A stretch of DNA of 64,000 nucleotides from Candidatus Uhrbacteria bacterium (GTDB taxonomy: Bacteria > Patescibacteriota > Patescibacteriia > UBA9934). The DNA is taken from contig CAWGHH010000002.1 of the NCBI GenBank assembly GCA_963822405.1, positions 23,569 through 87,568 on the forward strand, in the 5' to 3' direction. The position numbers and the translations under genes are program-made. How positions within the stretch are numbered: position 1 is the stretch's first letter; each line of letters begins with the position of its first letter. The notes under the pieces were generated by a model. The model did no database searches, was not told the origin of the DNA, and saw only the letters and a list, made by a program, of their open reading frames with translations. This document shows positions 25,505-34,101 of the stretch, one piece after another.

Positions 25505-26730
25505 AGATAGGAATCATTACAAACCTATATCCTCCGCATGCTCGTGGGGGAGCGGAAACGGTCATTGTCCGAACAGTGCAAGAACTCCTTGCCCGCGGAC
25601 ATGACGTATTTGTGATTACCGGACAGCCCCGAAGCGAGGGAAAAGGGATACTACTTGATCGTTCTACGGTTGAGCGAATTTACAGATTCTTTCCGCGTAA
25701 CATTTATTTTACTTTGAACGACTACAAGTATCCGTGGTTCATCAGACTTTTTTGGCACATCATTGATGGTTTCTCTGGACATGGCGCGGAGGTTGTTCGA
25801 ACGATCCTCGTTAATGAACAACCAGACGTTGTCATTACGCATAACCTGAAGGGTCTAGGTCTGACTATTCCGCGAGCGATTCGTCAGATGAAGGTGCCAC
25901 ATGTGCACGTCATTCATGATTTGCAGTTGATCGTTCCGTCTGGTCTTGTCATGTTCGGCAAGGAGCAGACGCCGTGGTTTATTGAGCCGATTTACAAAAT
26001 TTATCAGTTAGTTTGTCGAGCCAGGTTTAAGAACCCTGACGTAGTTATTTCTCCTTCTCATTACCTTGAGCGAATGTATCGTCAGGTGCATTTCTTTACG
26101 GGTACAAATATTGAAGTCCTCTCAAACCCAGCGCCAACGTATAACATTTCGCCTAAGAAGGGCCGTTCGGTTGGTCCGTTAAAATTGCTGTTTGTTGGCC
26201 AGCTTTCTCAGCATAAAGGTACAGCGTTTTTGGTCGAGGCCATCTCTACGTTGCCGGTGGATACTCGCCTAATGATTGCTGGTGACGGAGTACTTCGTCG
26301 ATGGACTGAGAAACGGGCAAGCGAGAATGAGCGCATTACTTACTTGGGTTACATGCCACCAGAAGAGTTGATTAATGTGTTCGGTGTGGTTGACGCGCTA
26401 GTGGTACCGAGCTTGTGCTACGAGAATTCGCCAACTGTTATTTACGAAGGACTACAGGCTGGTTTGCCAATTTTGGCTTCTAGGATTGGGGGAGTAGGCG
26501 AGCTGGTAGAAGAAGGTAAAAATGGTTTCTTGTTTATTCCTGGTGATAAGGGTGATTTTTTACGGGCTTTGACCACACTTGATAAACAGAAGGACGAGTT
26601 TGCCCAGCGAAGAGAAGAAATAAGCAAAACAGTGGCCGAGTATTCACTCCCAAAATACGCTGAACACCTTGAACGACTTTGCGCAGAAGCCATCAAGCAC
26701 CGGAAGGAGAGGATGATTGTGGGGAAGTAG
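25501..26730 (+). CDS. glycosyltransferase family 4
   Basis: MKIGIITNLYPPHARGGAETV N-terminus; C-terminal ENSPTVIYEGLQAGLPILASRIGG motif; 4-nt overlap with the previous GT4. Confidence 0.82.
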   Translation: MKIGIITNLYPPHARGGAETVIVRTVQELLARGHDVFVITGQPRSEGKGILLDRSTVERIYRFFPRNIYFTLNDYKYPWFIRLFWHIIDGFSGHGAEVVRTILVNEQPDVVITHNLKGLGLTIPRAIRQMKVPHVHVIHDLQLIVPSGLVMFGKEQTPWFIEPIYKIYQLVCRARFKNPDVVISPSHYLERMYRQVHFFTGTNIEVLSNPAPTYNISPKKGRSVGPLKLLFVGQLSQHKGTAFLVEAISTLPVDTRLMIAGDGVLRRWTEKRASENERITYLGYMPPEELINVFGVVDALVVPSLCYENSPTVIYEGLQAGLPILASRIGGVGELVEEGKNGFLFIPGDKGDFLRALTTLDKQKDEFAQRREEISKTVAEYSLPKYAEHLERLCAEAIKHRKERMIVGK

Positions 26731-28695
26731 TTACTCAAACACCATCACTGTCACCTCGTGGTCGCCGAAGATCCAGGATGTGTCCGTGATGGTTTTTGAT
26801 TGTTCGATGACACGTTTGGAATCCCACCAATAATCGTCCATGACAAAGAAGACGAGCTGTGCGCCGGTGAGTGTGCGAGCTTGATCAACGGTTTCTTTGG
26901 TTGGTGCTTTGGCCATGTCGAGATAAAGCTGATAAAGGGGGCCACCGGTCGGGATAGGATAGAAATAGATATCGTCGTGATAATATTTTTTGAAACCGAG
27001 TTTTGCAATTGCGGCAGATGATGTTGCTTGGTTTGCAAGGACAACGTAATCGCGTCCCGCCGCATATTTATCAATGGCCGCCACCGCGTCAAAGTCAGCT
27101 TGCGTCACATTGAACCCCGCGGACGATGCATACGCGTCATACCGCGGGTACGCGCCATACACGGTCGACACGAACACGACGCCGATGACGACAATGGCAA
27201 ACGCGCCCCGCGCGTTGTAAGGGCCGACTTCTATGTCGGCCCCTCTCTCGATCGCATGTGGAATGTATGGCGTCAGGAACAACACCGTCAGGGTCAGCAT
27301 TCTGGCCGCAAAATCCGTCCGTTCATACGAAATCAAAAACGGGAAATCAAAGAACAACCCGAGGATAAGGAAATTCGAAAACGCAATCCCCGCACAAATC
27401 AACGGGACGAATTGTCGTAGGGGCCGACTTCTATGTCGGCCCTCTTGGAGCATCCGCCACGCCCCCACAATCCCCAAAACAACGGTCACGATAAATATAT
27501 TCCCGATGATCAGATACGCCGTATCACCCCACGCATTAAAATGCGTTCCGACAAATGCGGTTAACGGCAGAGCGGTCAGGTCGTGGATGGTCGGCAGGTG
27601 CAATCCAATCGGCATGTGCGCCTTCATGGATTGCACGATAAATGCCGCCGGCAATGCAACGGCCGATGCGATTGCGACGATGATCGTCGCGGCTGTAAGG
27701 GTCGACTTCGATGTCGACCCTCTCTCCGCCACGTACATCATCCCCACGAAAAACACCGCCGGCAACCCCGCAATCGGATGTGCACATAGCGCCGCGAGTG
27801 CGAAAATACCCGTGATCATCGTGGTAGGGGTCGACCCATGCGTCGACCCATCCGGATCCGCGCGTGTCGTGCCCAACAACACCGCCATCGCCGTAAACAC
27901 AAACGCCAACGCTTGTGGGGTGGTCTGCACGAACGCGGCGATAGGCAGAACCAACAACATCGCCGCCGTAAGGGTCGACTTCGATGTCGACCCTTGATTG
28001 GTCCGCATGAGCACCGCCGCCGGAATCAACGTCGCCGCCAAAAGTGGCACGAGGTACACGTCCACGAGCATTAGTGGCAGGTGGAGCACCTTCAGCGCGA
28101 ACAATTCGATCACATATTCGCCAATGTAGTAGAGGGGTTTCGGGGTGATCGTTCCAAAGTCGGCAATATGTTGGATGGTTGCGCGATGCAAGAATGGATC
28201 GAACCCATACCCAAGCGGATATACCGTCGCTACAAATGACAACGCCGAGAACAGGGTCATGACAATCACGCCGAAGGCCATCGCGGTTGTAAGGGTCGAC
28301 TTCAATGTCGACCCTCTCTTCATCATCACCGCCGCACACACCGTTGGTATGAACAGCCACACCAGGTTGGCCGGCGAAATCACCAACCACGGCGAGCGTA
28401 CCGATTCGAGAATCGGATGAGTGAGGATAGCGTGCCACCACGCGCCGAGGGACGCGACTGCAATTACCGCGAGGAAAACCGCTGTAGGGGTCGACCCCCG
28501 CGTCGACCCTCGTTGAACTGTGACCAAGGGAAAGGATTTTGATAGCAAGAAAATCGCCCCGATCGCCATAGCTGCGCAGACAATCAGTCCGACAGTTGTC
28601 ACATTCATGACATAATAGAGAAAAGTAGCCAGAATGCTATAAATAGCTAAACCGGCGCCAGACCAAATGATTCCTTGAAGAAAGCGATTAAACAT
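26731..28695 (-). CDS. polytopic integral membrane protein (GT-C-like?) carrying seven in-frame family-A palindromic repeat insertions
   Basis: 654 aa with more than 12 hydrophobic segments. The peptides [55 protein letters not shown] and RGADIEVGP map exactly onto repeats A9 to A3. Confidence 0.6.
   Translation of the reverse strand: MFNRFLQGIIWSGAGLAIYSILATFLYYVMNVTTVGLIVCAAMAIGAIFLLSKSFPLVTVQRGSTRGSTPTAVFLAVIAVASLGAWWHAILTHPILESVRSPWLVISPANLVWLFIPTVCAAVMMKRGSTLKSTLTTAMAFGVIVMTLFSALSFVATVYPLGYGFDPFLHRATIQHIADFGTITPKPLYYIGEYVIELFALKVLHLPLMLVDVYLVPLLAATLIPAAVLMRTNQGSTSKSTLTAAMLLVLPIAAFVQTTPQALAFVFTAMAVLLGTTRADPDGSTHGSTPTTMITGIFALAALCAHPIAGLPAVFFVGMMYVAERGSTSKSTLTAATIIVAIASAVALPAAFIVQSMKAHMPIGLHLPTIHDLTALPLTAFVGTHFNAWGDTAYLIIGNIFIVTVVLGIVGAWRMLQEGRHRSRPLRQFVPLICAGIAFSNFLILGLFFDFPFLISYERTDFAARMLTLTVLFLTPYIPHAIERGADIEVGPYNARGAFAIVVIGVVFVSTVYGAYPRYDAYASSAGFNVTQADFDAVAAIDKYAAGRDYVVLANQATSSAAIAKLGFKKYYHDDIYFYPIPTGGPLYQLYLDMAKAPTKETVDQARTLTGAQLVFFVMDDYWWDSKRVIEQSKTITDTSWIFGDHEVTVMVFE
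27221..27243. repeat. palindromic repeat family A, copy A3 (GGGCCGAC-TTCTAT-GTCGGCCC)
   Basis: GCCGAC variant of the unit; preceded by GTAA; read in-frame as GADIEVGP on the minus strand. Confidence 0.85.
27421..27442. repeat. palindromic repeat family A, copy A4 (GGGCCGAC-TTCTAT-GTCGGCCC)
   Basis: Identical core to A3 but read in a different codon phase (GRHRSRP); preceded by GTAG. Confidence 0.85.
27699..27720. repeat. palindromic repeat family A, copy A5 (GGGTCGAC-TTCGAT-GTCGACCC)
   Basis: Preceded by GTAA; translated as RGSTSKSTL. Confidence 0.85.
27827..27849. repeat. palindromic repeat family A, copy A6 (GGGGTCGAC-CCATGC-GTCGACCC)
   Basis: Identical to copy A1 at 5367; preceded by GTAG; translated as DGSTHGSTP. 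Confidence 0.85.
27972..27993. repeat. palindromic repeat family A, copy A7 (GGGTCGAC-TTCGAT-GTCGACCC)
   Basis: Identical to A5; preceded by GTAA; translated as QGSTSKSTL. Confidence 0.85.
28293..28314. repeat. palindromic repeat family A, copy A8 (GGGTCGAC-TTCAAT-GTCGACCC)
   Basis: Preceded by GTAA; translated as RGSTLKSTL. Confidence 0.85.
28487..28509. repeat. palindromic repeat family A, copy A9 (GGGGTCGAC-CCCCGC-GTCGACCC)
   Basis: Preceded by GTAG; translated as RGSTRGSTP. Confidence 0.85.
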
Positions 28696-28714
28696 GTAAA
28701 ATGATGGTACTTGT

Positions 28715-29302
28715 ATGGAAGAAACAGCGCAAACTACCGTGCCGAAGCTTTATTTACATGACAAACTCATGAAAGTGCTAGTTTTGCCTTTTGTGCCAGC
28801 ATTTGTGAGGCCAAACCATGTAACAGCCTTCCGCCTTCTTTTTACGCCGGTCATTTTTTATTTGTTCATGATCGAAAACTTTAACCTGGCGGTTCCGGCG
28901 TTTATTGTGGCGGCGTTTTCAGACGCGCTCGATGGTTCGCTGGCCAGGGTCAGGAATCAGATTACGCCTTGGGGAATATTTTTTGACCCTTTGGCTGACA
29001 AGCTGCTGATTGGCGGCACCGCACTTTTGGTTGCGATTAAATATTACCACCCAATAATAATTATCGGTGCTTTGGTTTTGGACGTTATGCCCTCAATTTT
29101 GTGGGCTAGTAACAAGCGAGGCGGAATGATCATGATGGCCAACTGGTGGGGAAAAACAAAAATGATCCTCCAGGTGGTAAGTATGACAGCGTTGTTGATC
29201 GGAATAATGACGAATACTCCGGATCTAATAATTTTTGGTCAGGTGACGCTTGGGATTTCGCTCATCTTTGCCTTTATTGCGGTCATTACGTATTCCTTGT
29301 AG
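28715..29302 (+). CDS. CDP-alcohol phosphatidyltransferase family protein
   Basis: DALDGSLAR...GIFFDPLADK signature (D-x2-DG-x2-AR...G-x3-D-x3-D); multiple TM segments. Confidence 0.78.
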   Translation: MEETAQTTVPKLYLHDKLMKVLVLPFVPAFVRPNHVTAFRLLFTPVIFYLFMIENFNLAVPAFIVAAFSDALDGSLARVRNQITPWGIFFDPLADKLLIGGTALLVAIKYYHPIIIIGALVLDVMPSILWASNKRGGMIMMANWWGKTKMILQVVSMTALLIGIMTNTPDLIIFGQVTLGISLIFAFIAVITYSL

Positions 29303-29305
29303 GAT

Positions 29306-30964
29306 GTGGCCGTTATGCGGGGATTTTTCAAAGACTTTATTCGCAGCGTTATTGTCATCGCTTTCTTTGTTTCGACGCTCTGTTTGAGCGCGTACGGCGA
29401 GCGTGTTTTTGTTTCGCCGGATGAGAATTCGGCATTTTTCTTTGCTAAACAATTTGCAAATGTTGGTTCACTTTCGGTTCACGAAAGCCTTAACACGACA
29501 GTCGGAGGAATTATTCATCCGCGTAGTACGGCGGTTTTGGGTGAAGTCATTCTCCCTGGTAGTTTTATTGGCTTACCAATTTTGGCCGGGCTATTTATTA
29601 TTCCATTCGGCGATGCTGGTGGTTTATTGCTGACGCCAGTTCTAGCATTATTTGGTATTTTGGCCTTTCGAACATCAATAAAGAAAGTGTTCGAGGATGA
29701 GGCTTTGGCGGATCTTTCGGCGCTGTTGCTCATGGCGCATCCGGCATATTTGTATTTTTCTGGTCGAGTCATGATGCATAACATTGCCTTTGTCGACTTT
29801 CTTATCTTCGCAGTATATTTTGCGGTCACTCGTCCATTCGGTACGAAATCATTATTCACAAGAGAGTTTCGTCGGTTAGAGTTTATTCTTTCCGGCATTA
29901 TGGTTGGCACGGCGCTTTTTCTGCGGATCAGTGAGGCTCTCTGGGTTCTACCGATTGCTTTTGGTCTATTTATATATTTCCGAAACAATCTTGGTTGGCG
30001 AAACATTGTTTCATTTTTCTTTGGTTTGGGTTTAATGTTAACGGTGATCGCTGGGGTCAATTCGTGGGTTTATGGTTCTCCATTTGCTACCGGATATACT
30101 CTTCCAACTGTTTCTGTTACCACTTCTTCTCTTAACCCGTCACCCGTCACTTATCGCCTGCCTCTCTTTGGTTTTCACCCTCGAGCAATTCTACGTAACG
30201 TCTGGGATTACGGCGTAACTCTTTATCCGTGGATGACGGTTCTCTCTATCCTTGGTTTTTGCCTTTTAGCGTTTAGGCGATTCGAAAAGAATAAAGCCTG
30301 GAAAGCCTTGACGATTATTTCTATTTTTACGTCTGTTATTTTATTTTCGTTGTACGGTAGTTGGAATTTTTTCGACAACCCAAACGCGGCTCTCGTAACA
30401 ATCGGTAATTCGCACGTTCGCTATTGGCTCCCGGTATTTATTTTATCGATTCCATTTACGTCATATCTAGTTGTGAGCCTGTGGCGCTTGGTGAAGGAGT
30501 TTGGCGACGCCAAACCCTTACACCGATTATTGCGCGCATCCGTCCGCGCCCTCCTCATTCTCGCTTTTCTCGCTGGACTTGTGGCGAATGTCCGGTTAGT
30601 TTTTTACGGTCACGATGGGATTCTGGCCTCTCGCGCCGCAATGAGTTCGTTTGTCAGTAAACGTACCCGTCTGCTCATGATTACTGAGCCGGAATCGGTT
30701 ATTGTGGTTGATCGGGCTGATAAATATCTCTTTCCTTATCGTCGAGTAATTGCGCCGCTCCGTGACGAGAGAACTTATTCTGCACTGCCAGAGCTTGTTA
30801 AAGATGTGCCAACATATTACTTTGGTATTACATTCCCACAGTCAGACCTCGACTATTTGAACGGCGAGAAACTGAAAGCGCTTGGTCTTAAAATTGATCT
30901 TGTAGAAACAATAAACGAAGAATCGCTTTATAAATTCTCACATGCGCAAACAACTATTCGTTAA
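29306..30964 (+). CDS. polytopic membrane protein, putative GT-C-fold glycosyltransferase (GT39/ArnT-like)
   Basis: 552 aa with more than 10 TM segments in the N-terminal two thirds and a soluble C-terminal domain. The family is not recognised with confidence. Confidence 0.45.
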   Translation: MAVMRGFFKDFIRSVIVIAFFVSTLCLSAYGERVFVSPDENSAFFFAKQFANVGSLSVHESLNTTVGGIIHPRSTAVLGEVILPGSFIGLPILAGLFIIPFGDAGGLLLTPVLALFGILAFRTSIKKVFEDEALADLSALLLMAHPAYLYFSGRVMMHNIAFVDFLIFAVYFAVTRPFGTKSLFTREFRRLEFILSGIMVGTALFLRISEALWVLPIAFGLFIYFRNNLGWRNIVSFFFGLGLMLTVIAGVNSWVYGSPFATGYTLPTVSVTTSSLNPSPVTYRLPLFGFHPRAILRNVWDYGVTLYPWMTVLSILGFCLLAFRRFEKNKAWKALTIISIFTSVILFSLYGSWNFFDNPNAALVTIGNSHVRYWLPVFILSIPFTSYLVVSLWRLVKEFGDAKPLHRLLRASVRALLILAFLAGLVANVRLVFYGHDGILASRAAMSSFVSKRTRLLMITEPESVIVVDRADKYLFPYRRVIAPLRDERTYSALPELVKDVPTYYFGITFPQSDLDYLNGEKLKALGLKIDLVETINEESLYKFSHAQTTIR

Positions 30965-32387
30965 GGGCGTGATTGTAGCTGTTCCGATACTTCTCTTCTT
31001 TGGTCTTCTGTATAACTACTTGGGTCTTTCCGGTGAAAAAATAGTTCATTACACAGTTGGCGACTCTTCGCCCTTTGTTCAGAGCCTTTTGCCGAGCGAT
31101 CGGGTGAGTAAAGTTGAAAATGGTTCCGTGAAACTACTTGAAGAGCCGGTCTATTTTTCCGTTTTTGCGCCGCCTGGAAATTGGCAGACAGCAGACGTTA
31201 AGATTGATTTTCAAACAGGCGATCAAGCTATTTTAGAGCTTGGGGTATTGAGAGATCTATTCGCCCAAGCATTTGATTTTAAGCCATTAGCAAATACTGT
31301 AGTTGAGCACTTAGAAGCGAATGGTTGGGTGGGGAGACCGCTGGCACAGTTAGGCGAGAACGTTAATGTGTTTATTCGTAAGGAGTTTGTCGGCGCGCCA
31401 CCTTCGTCAATTAAGGATGCGCAAATCGGTATTTATAAAGCATCTCTGCCGTGGTCGCCTCCACCGGGCGCTACTGCTTCAAAAAAAGATAAGACCTATT
31501 CATTGATGTTACGCGGTCCGCACGAGCTTTTTACGGCTATTGGCGATAAAGAACCGTTGCGAATCTCAATACTCTTGGATGATCTGAATGAGGCGGTTGG
31601 TTCTGACGAGGGAGCAATTAGAATCTATTCGCAAAAAGGAGGCATGGTTTCAGAAACAGTATTTGCTGATGACGGGAATACGACTGCGGATGGATCATTG
31701 AGTCCTTCAAGAACAGTTGTCGTCGCGCCAGACGGTTTGCCTGCCGGTACGTACAGAATCGTTCTTTCCGGTACGTCAGACATTGTTTTTGATGAATTTG
31801 TTACCAAACAAAACTATCTAGTTGTTAAGAACTCAATGACGATTAAGCCACATACTGGCGCAATTGCCTTGAACACGAACGCAAAAAAGATAACGGTAGA
31901 GCCGTTAGCTGTTGGCGCCCTCGGCACTACGGTGTTTGGTCAGACCAAAATGGCGCTTGAGAAAGTTAATGAAAAAGTCAGCGGAGTTTCTATTGATCGT
32001 GATGTCTCATCACTCATCCTTCCGGGAGGCGGCGTGAAGATCACGGGCGAGGGATTCTTTGCGCTGGCTAACGCCGCATTCTTCATTCCGGAGCCGGCCG
32101 GATTCTCAAACTTTCTAGCCGCGCCAGATCGTTTCAGAGCAATTGTCGCTTTCTTCCCGCCACAGATGCGAGACGGCCATTGGCGCACTGCTACTACGAA
32201 GTACGAATTATCAACGCTCGCTAAAGAACGTGGAGCGTATAAGTTTGTTATTTCGGCGCCGCTCGTGCATGAGACTGATGGGGGAGTTGAAATTCATTCT
32301 ATTGACGTAACATTCAAGAAACCACAAACAACATTCCGGTCGCTGTTTTCATCGCTTAAGTCTTTTGCTCGTGATCTCATTTGGTAA
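30942..32387 (+). CDS. hypothetical membrane-anchored extracytoplasmic protein
   Basis: N-terminal TM segment (VIVAVPILLFFGLLYNYLGL), then 450 aa with no recognised domain; overlaps the upstream GT-C-like gene by 23 nt. Confidence 0.5.
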   Translation: MRKQLFVKGVIVAVPILLFFGLLYNYLGLSGEKIVHYTVGDSSPFVQSLLPSDRVSKVENGSVKLLEEPVYFSVFAPPGNWQTADVKIDFQTGDQAILELGVLRDLFAQAFDFKPLANTVVEHLEANGWVGRPLAQLGENVNVFIRKEFVGAPPSSIKDAQIGIYKASLPWSPPPGATASKKDKTYSLMLRGPHELFTAIGDKEPLRISILLDDLNEAVGSDEGAIRIYSQKGGMVSETVFADDGNTTADGSLSPSRTVVVAPDGLPAGTYRIVLSGTSDIVFDEFVTKQNYLVVKNSMTIKPHTGAIALNTNAKKITVEPLAVGALGTTVFGQTKMALEKVNEKVSGVSIDRDVSSLILPGGGVKITGEGFFALANAAFFIPEPAGFSNFLAAPDRFRAIVAFFPPQMRDGHWRTATTKYELSTLAKERGAYKFVISAPLVHETDGGVEIHSIDVTFKKPQTTFRSLFSSLKSFARDLIW

Positions 32388-32562
32388 TATGAAAGAATAT
32401 TTTTATTTCGCGTTCAAAGTTTCTTTCATCGCTACAATTGTTTTGGGTATTATCGAGTGGCGAGCGCCGGGATTTGTAAGTTACGCATTCCCGTTTCCAG
32501 TTTTAATTTTCTTCACGGCTTTCTTCTATTATTTTTCGACTAATAATTTCAAATTACCACCT

Positions 32563-32964
32563 ATGCCATGTATCTTTTGTAAGATTGTTTCCGGCGAAAT
32601 CCCAGCTTTGAAAATTCACGAGAATGAAAAGGTTTTAGCTTTTCTAGATATAAATCCAGTCAGCAAAGGTCACACACTGTTAATTCCAAAGACGCATGCT
32701 CAGGATCTCGCGGCTGGTTCCGTCGACGACGCAACTGAGCTCATGAAAGTGGTTCACGACCTCGCGCCGAAGATTACGAAGGCTCTCGGTGCCTCCGGAT
32801 ACAACCTCGGCATGAACCATGGAATAGACGCCGGCCAAGAGGTTCTCCACACGCACATTCATATCATGCCTCGCTACAACGGGGATGCGAGAAGTTTTGT
32901 TAAGACGCATCCGGTGAAGGAAGAGCTCGAGGTTGTCGCACAGGAGATAAGAGCGAAGATGTAA
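32563..32964 (+). CDS. HIT-family (histidine triad) hydrolase
   Basis: CIFCKIVSGEIP N-terminus and HTHIHIMPR histidine triad. ATG 32563 chosen; the upstream in-frame 66-aa hydrophobic extension from 32365 is probably spurious. Confidence 0.8.
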   Translation: MPCIFCKIVSGEIPALKIHENEKVLAFLDINPVSKGHTLLIPKTHAQDLAAGSVDDATELMKVVHDLAPKITKALGASGYNLGMNHGIDAGQEVLHTHIHIMPRYNGDARSFVKTHPVKEELEVVAQEIRAKM

Positions 32965-32969
32965 TTTTT

Positions 32970-33284
32970 ATGGAGGTAATTGTTTATTACACCGACACGC
33001 AAGAGTTTATAGCAGATCTTGATGATGTGCCGACTGCCAAGGTGATCAGTCTCATTCGTGCTCTTCGGGTCTGCGGAAGTGACATGAGCATGCCACAGAG
33101 CAGAAGTCTTGGCGGAGGTCTCTTTGAATTGCGGGCAAGAGGCAAGAAGGAAGTCCGACTTTTTTATTGTTTCCATCGTGATTCCGCGATTATTCTTCAT
33201 GGGATTATTAAGAAAACCTCAAAGATTCCCAGGAATGAAATCGAGATCGCAAAATCACGTATGGGAAAAATTGCTGGATTATAG
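32970..33284 (+). CDS. type II toxin, RelE/HigB-like (phage Gp49-like family)
   Basis: 104 aa; LFELR...RLFYCF...AIILHGIIKKTSKIPRNEIEIAKSR matches the recalled Gp49/HigB-like toxins paired with XRE antitoxins. Confidence 0.6.
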   Translation: MEVIVYYTDTQEFIADLDDVPTAKVISLIRALRVCGSDMSMPQSRSLGGGLFELRARGKKEVRLFYCFHRDSAIILHGIIKKTSKIPRNEIEIAKSRMGKIAGL

Positions 33285-33307
33285 CGTATAAGCTATAATC
33301 ACAATAT

Positions 33308-33631
33308 ATGAAAAAGAACGAAATAAAAATGGTTAATTTTAGAGTTATTGAGCGGGAACTCATGAAACGTCCGGGAGTACGTAAGGCGGTTGAGGATCTC
33401 AAGCATGATCCTGAATTTGCACTGCTTGATCGTATTATCGAAAAACGGAAGGAAGAAGGTCTCACACAAGCGAAACTTGCAAAGAAGATGAAGACTACGC
33501 AATCTGCAGTGGCCAGATTTGAAGCTGGCGACACAAATCCTACATTAGACTTTTTAAAGAAGCTCGCCGACGCACTTGGAACCGACATGAAGATTACGTT
33601 TAAGGATCGAGTCGTTTCGAAAGCGCGATAG
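33308..33631 (+). CDS. XRE-family HTH antitoxin (HigA-like)
   Basis: LTQAKLAKKMKTTQSAVARFEAG HTH_XRE motif; 107 aa; immediately downstream of the toxin. Confidence 0.7.
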   Translation: MKKNEIKMVNFRVIERELMKRPGVRKAVEDLKHDPEFALLDRIIEKRKEEGLTQAKLAKKMKTTQSAVARFEAGDTNPTLDFLKKLADALGTDMKITFKDRVVSKAR

Positions 33632-33633
33632 AT

Positions 33634-34080
33634 ATGCCCAAAGACCGATTCAAAAGCATTGTTGCGGTGTACATGATTCTTGAGCGTGACGGAAAGATTT
33701 TTTTAATGCGCAGAGCGAATACGGGATACATGGATGGCATGTACGGGTTGCCGGCGGGGCATCATGATGGAGCGGAAGGCCTGCGCGAGGCCACGGCACG
33801 GGAGGCAAGAGAAGAAATCGGTGTGACAATAAAACCAGAAGACTGCGAGTTTGCATTTCTGTTGCATCGGCCGTTTGCGAACGACGGAGACCGCGTCGAT
33901 GCATATTTCAAGATCAAATCTTGGGAGGGCGAGCCGCAGAATCTGGAGCCAGAAAAGTGCGATGAGATGGGCTGGTTTGCGTATGACGCACTGCCGGAAA
34001 ATCTCATTTCTAAACTCCAAATCGTGCTCGAGGGGATAAAAAATGGCGAACGTTACGCAGAAGTTGACGATAGGGTCTAA
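33634..34080 (+). CDS. NUDIX hydrolase
   Basis: Nudix box GLPAGHHDGAEGLREATAREAREEIGV. Confidence 0.8.
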   Translation: MPKDRFKSIVAVYMILERDGKIFLMRRANTGYMDGMYGLPAGHHDGAEGLREATAREAREEIGVTIKPEDCEFAFLLHRPFANDGDRVDAYFKIKSWEGEPQNLEPEKCDEMGWFAYDALPENLISKLQIVLEGIKNGERYAEVDDRV

Positions 34081-34101
34081 CGTGGTAACGTTGAAGGTGC
34101 T

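Noticed and set aside
27233-28420. Plus-strand ORFs 27233-27997, 27583-27789, 27838-28074 and 28145-28420 (Arg/His-rich)
   Set aside because: They are antisense to the intact 654-aa membrane-protein ORF. They arise because the palindromic repeats are stop-free on both strands; their composition is not protein-like.
27200-28520. Repeated near-identical 22-bp units at semi-regular spacing looked superficially like a CRISPR array
   Set aside because: The intervening sequences are coding sequence of one long ORF, with no uniform spacer length. Each unit is itself an inverted repeat; they are not direct repeats separating spacers. No cas genes or leader are present.
32365-32562. 66-aa hydrophobic N-terminal extension of the HIT gene
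   Set aside because: The canonical HIT N-terminus (MPCIFCKIV) starts at the internal ATG 32563. The extension is Phe/Tyr-rich AT-biased sequence typical of a spacer read in-frame.
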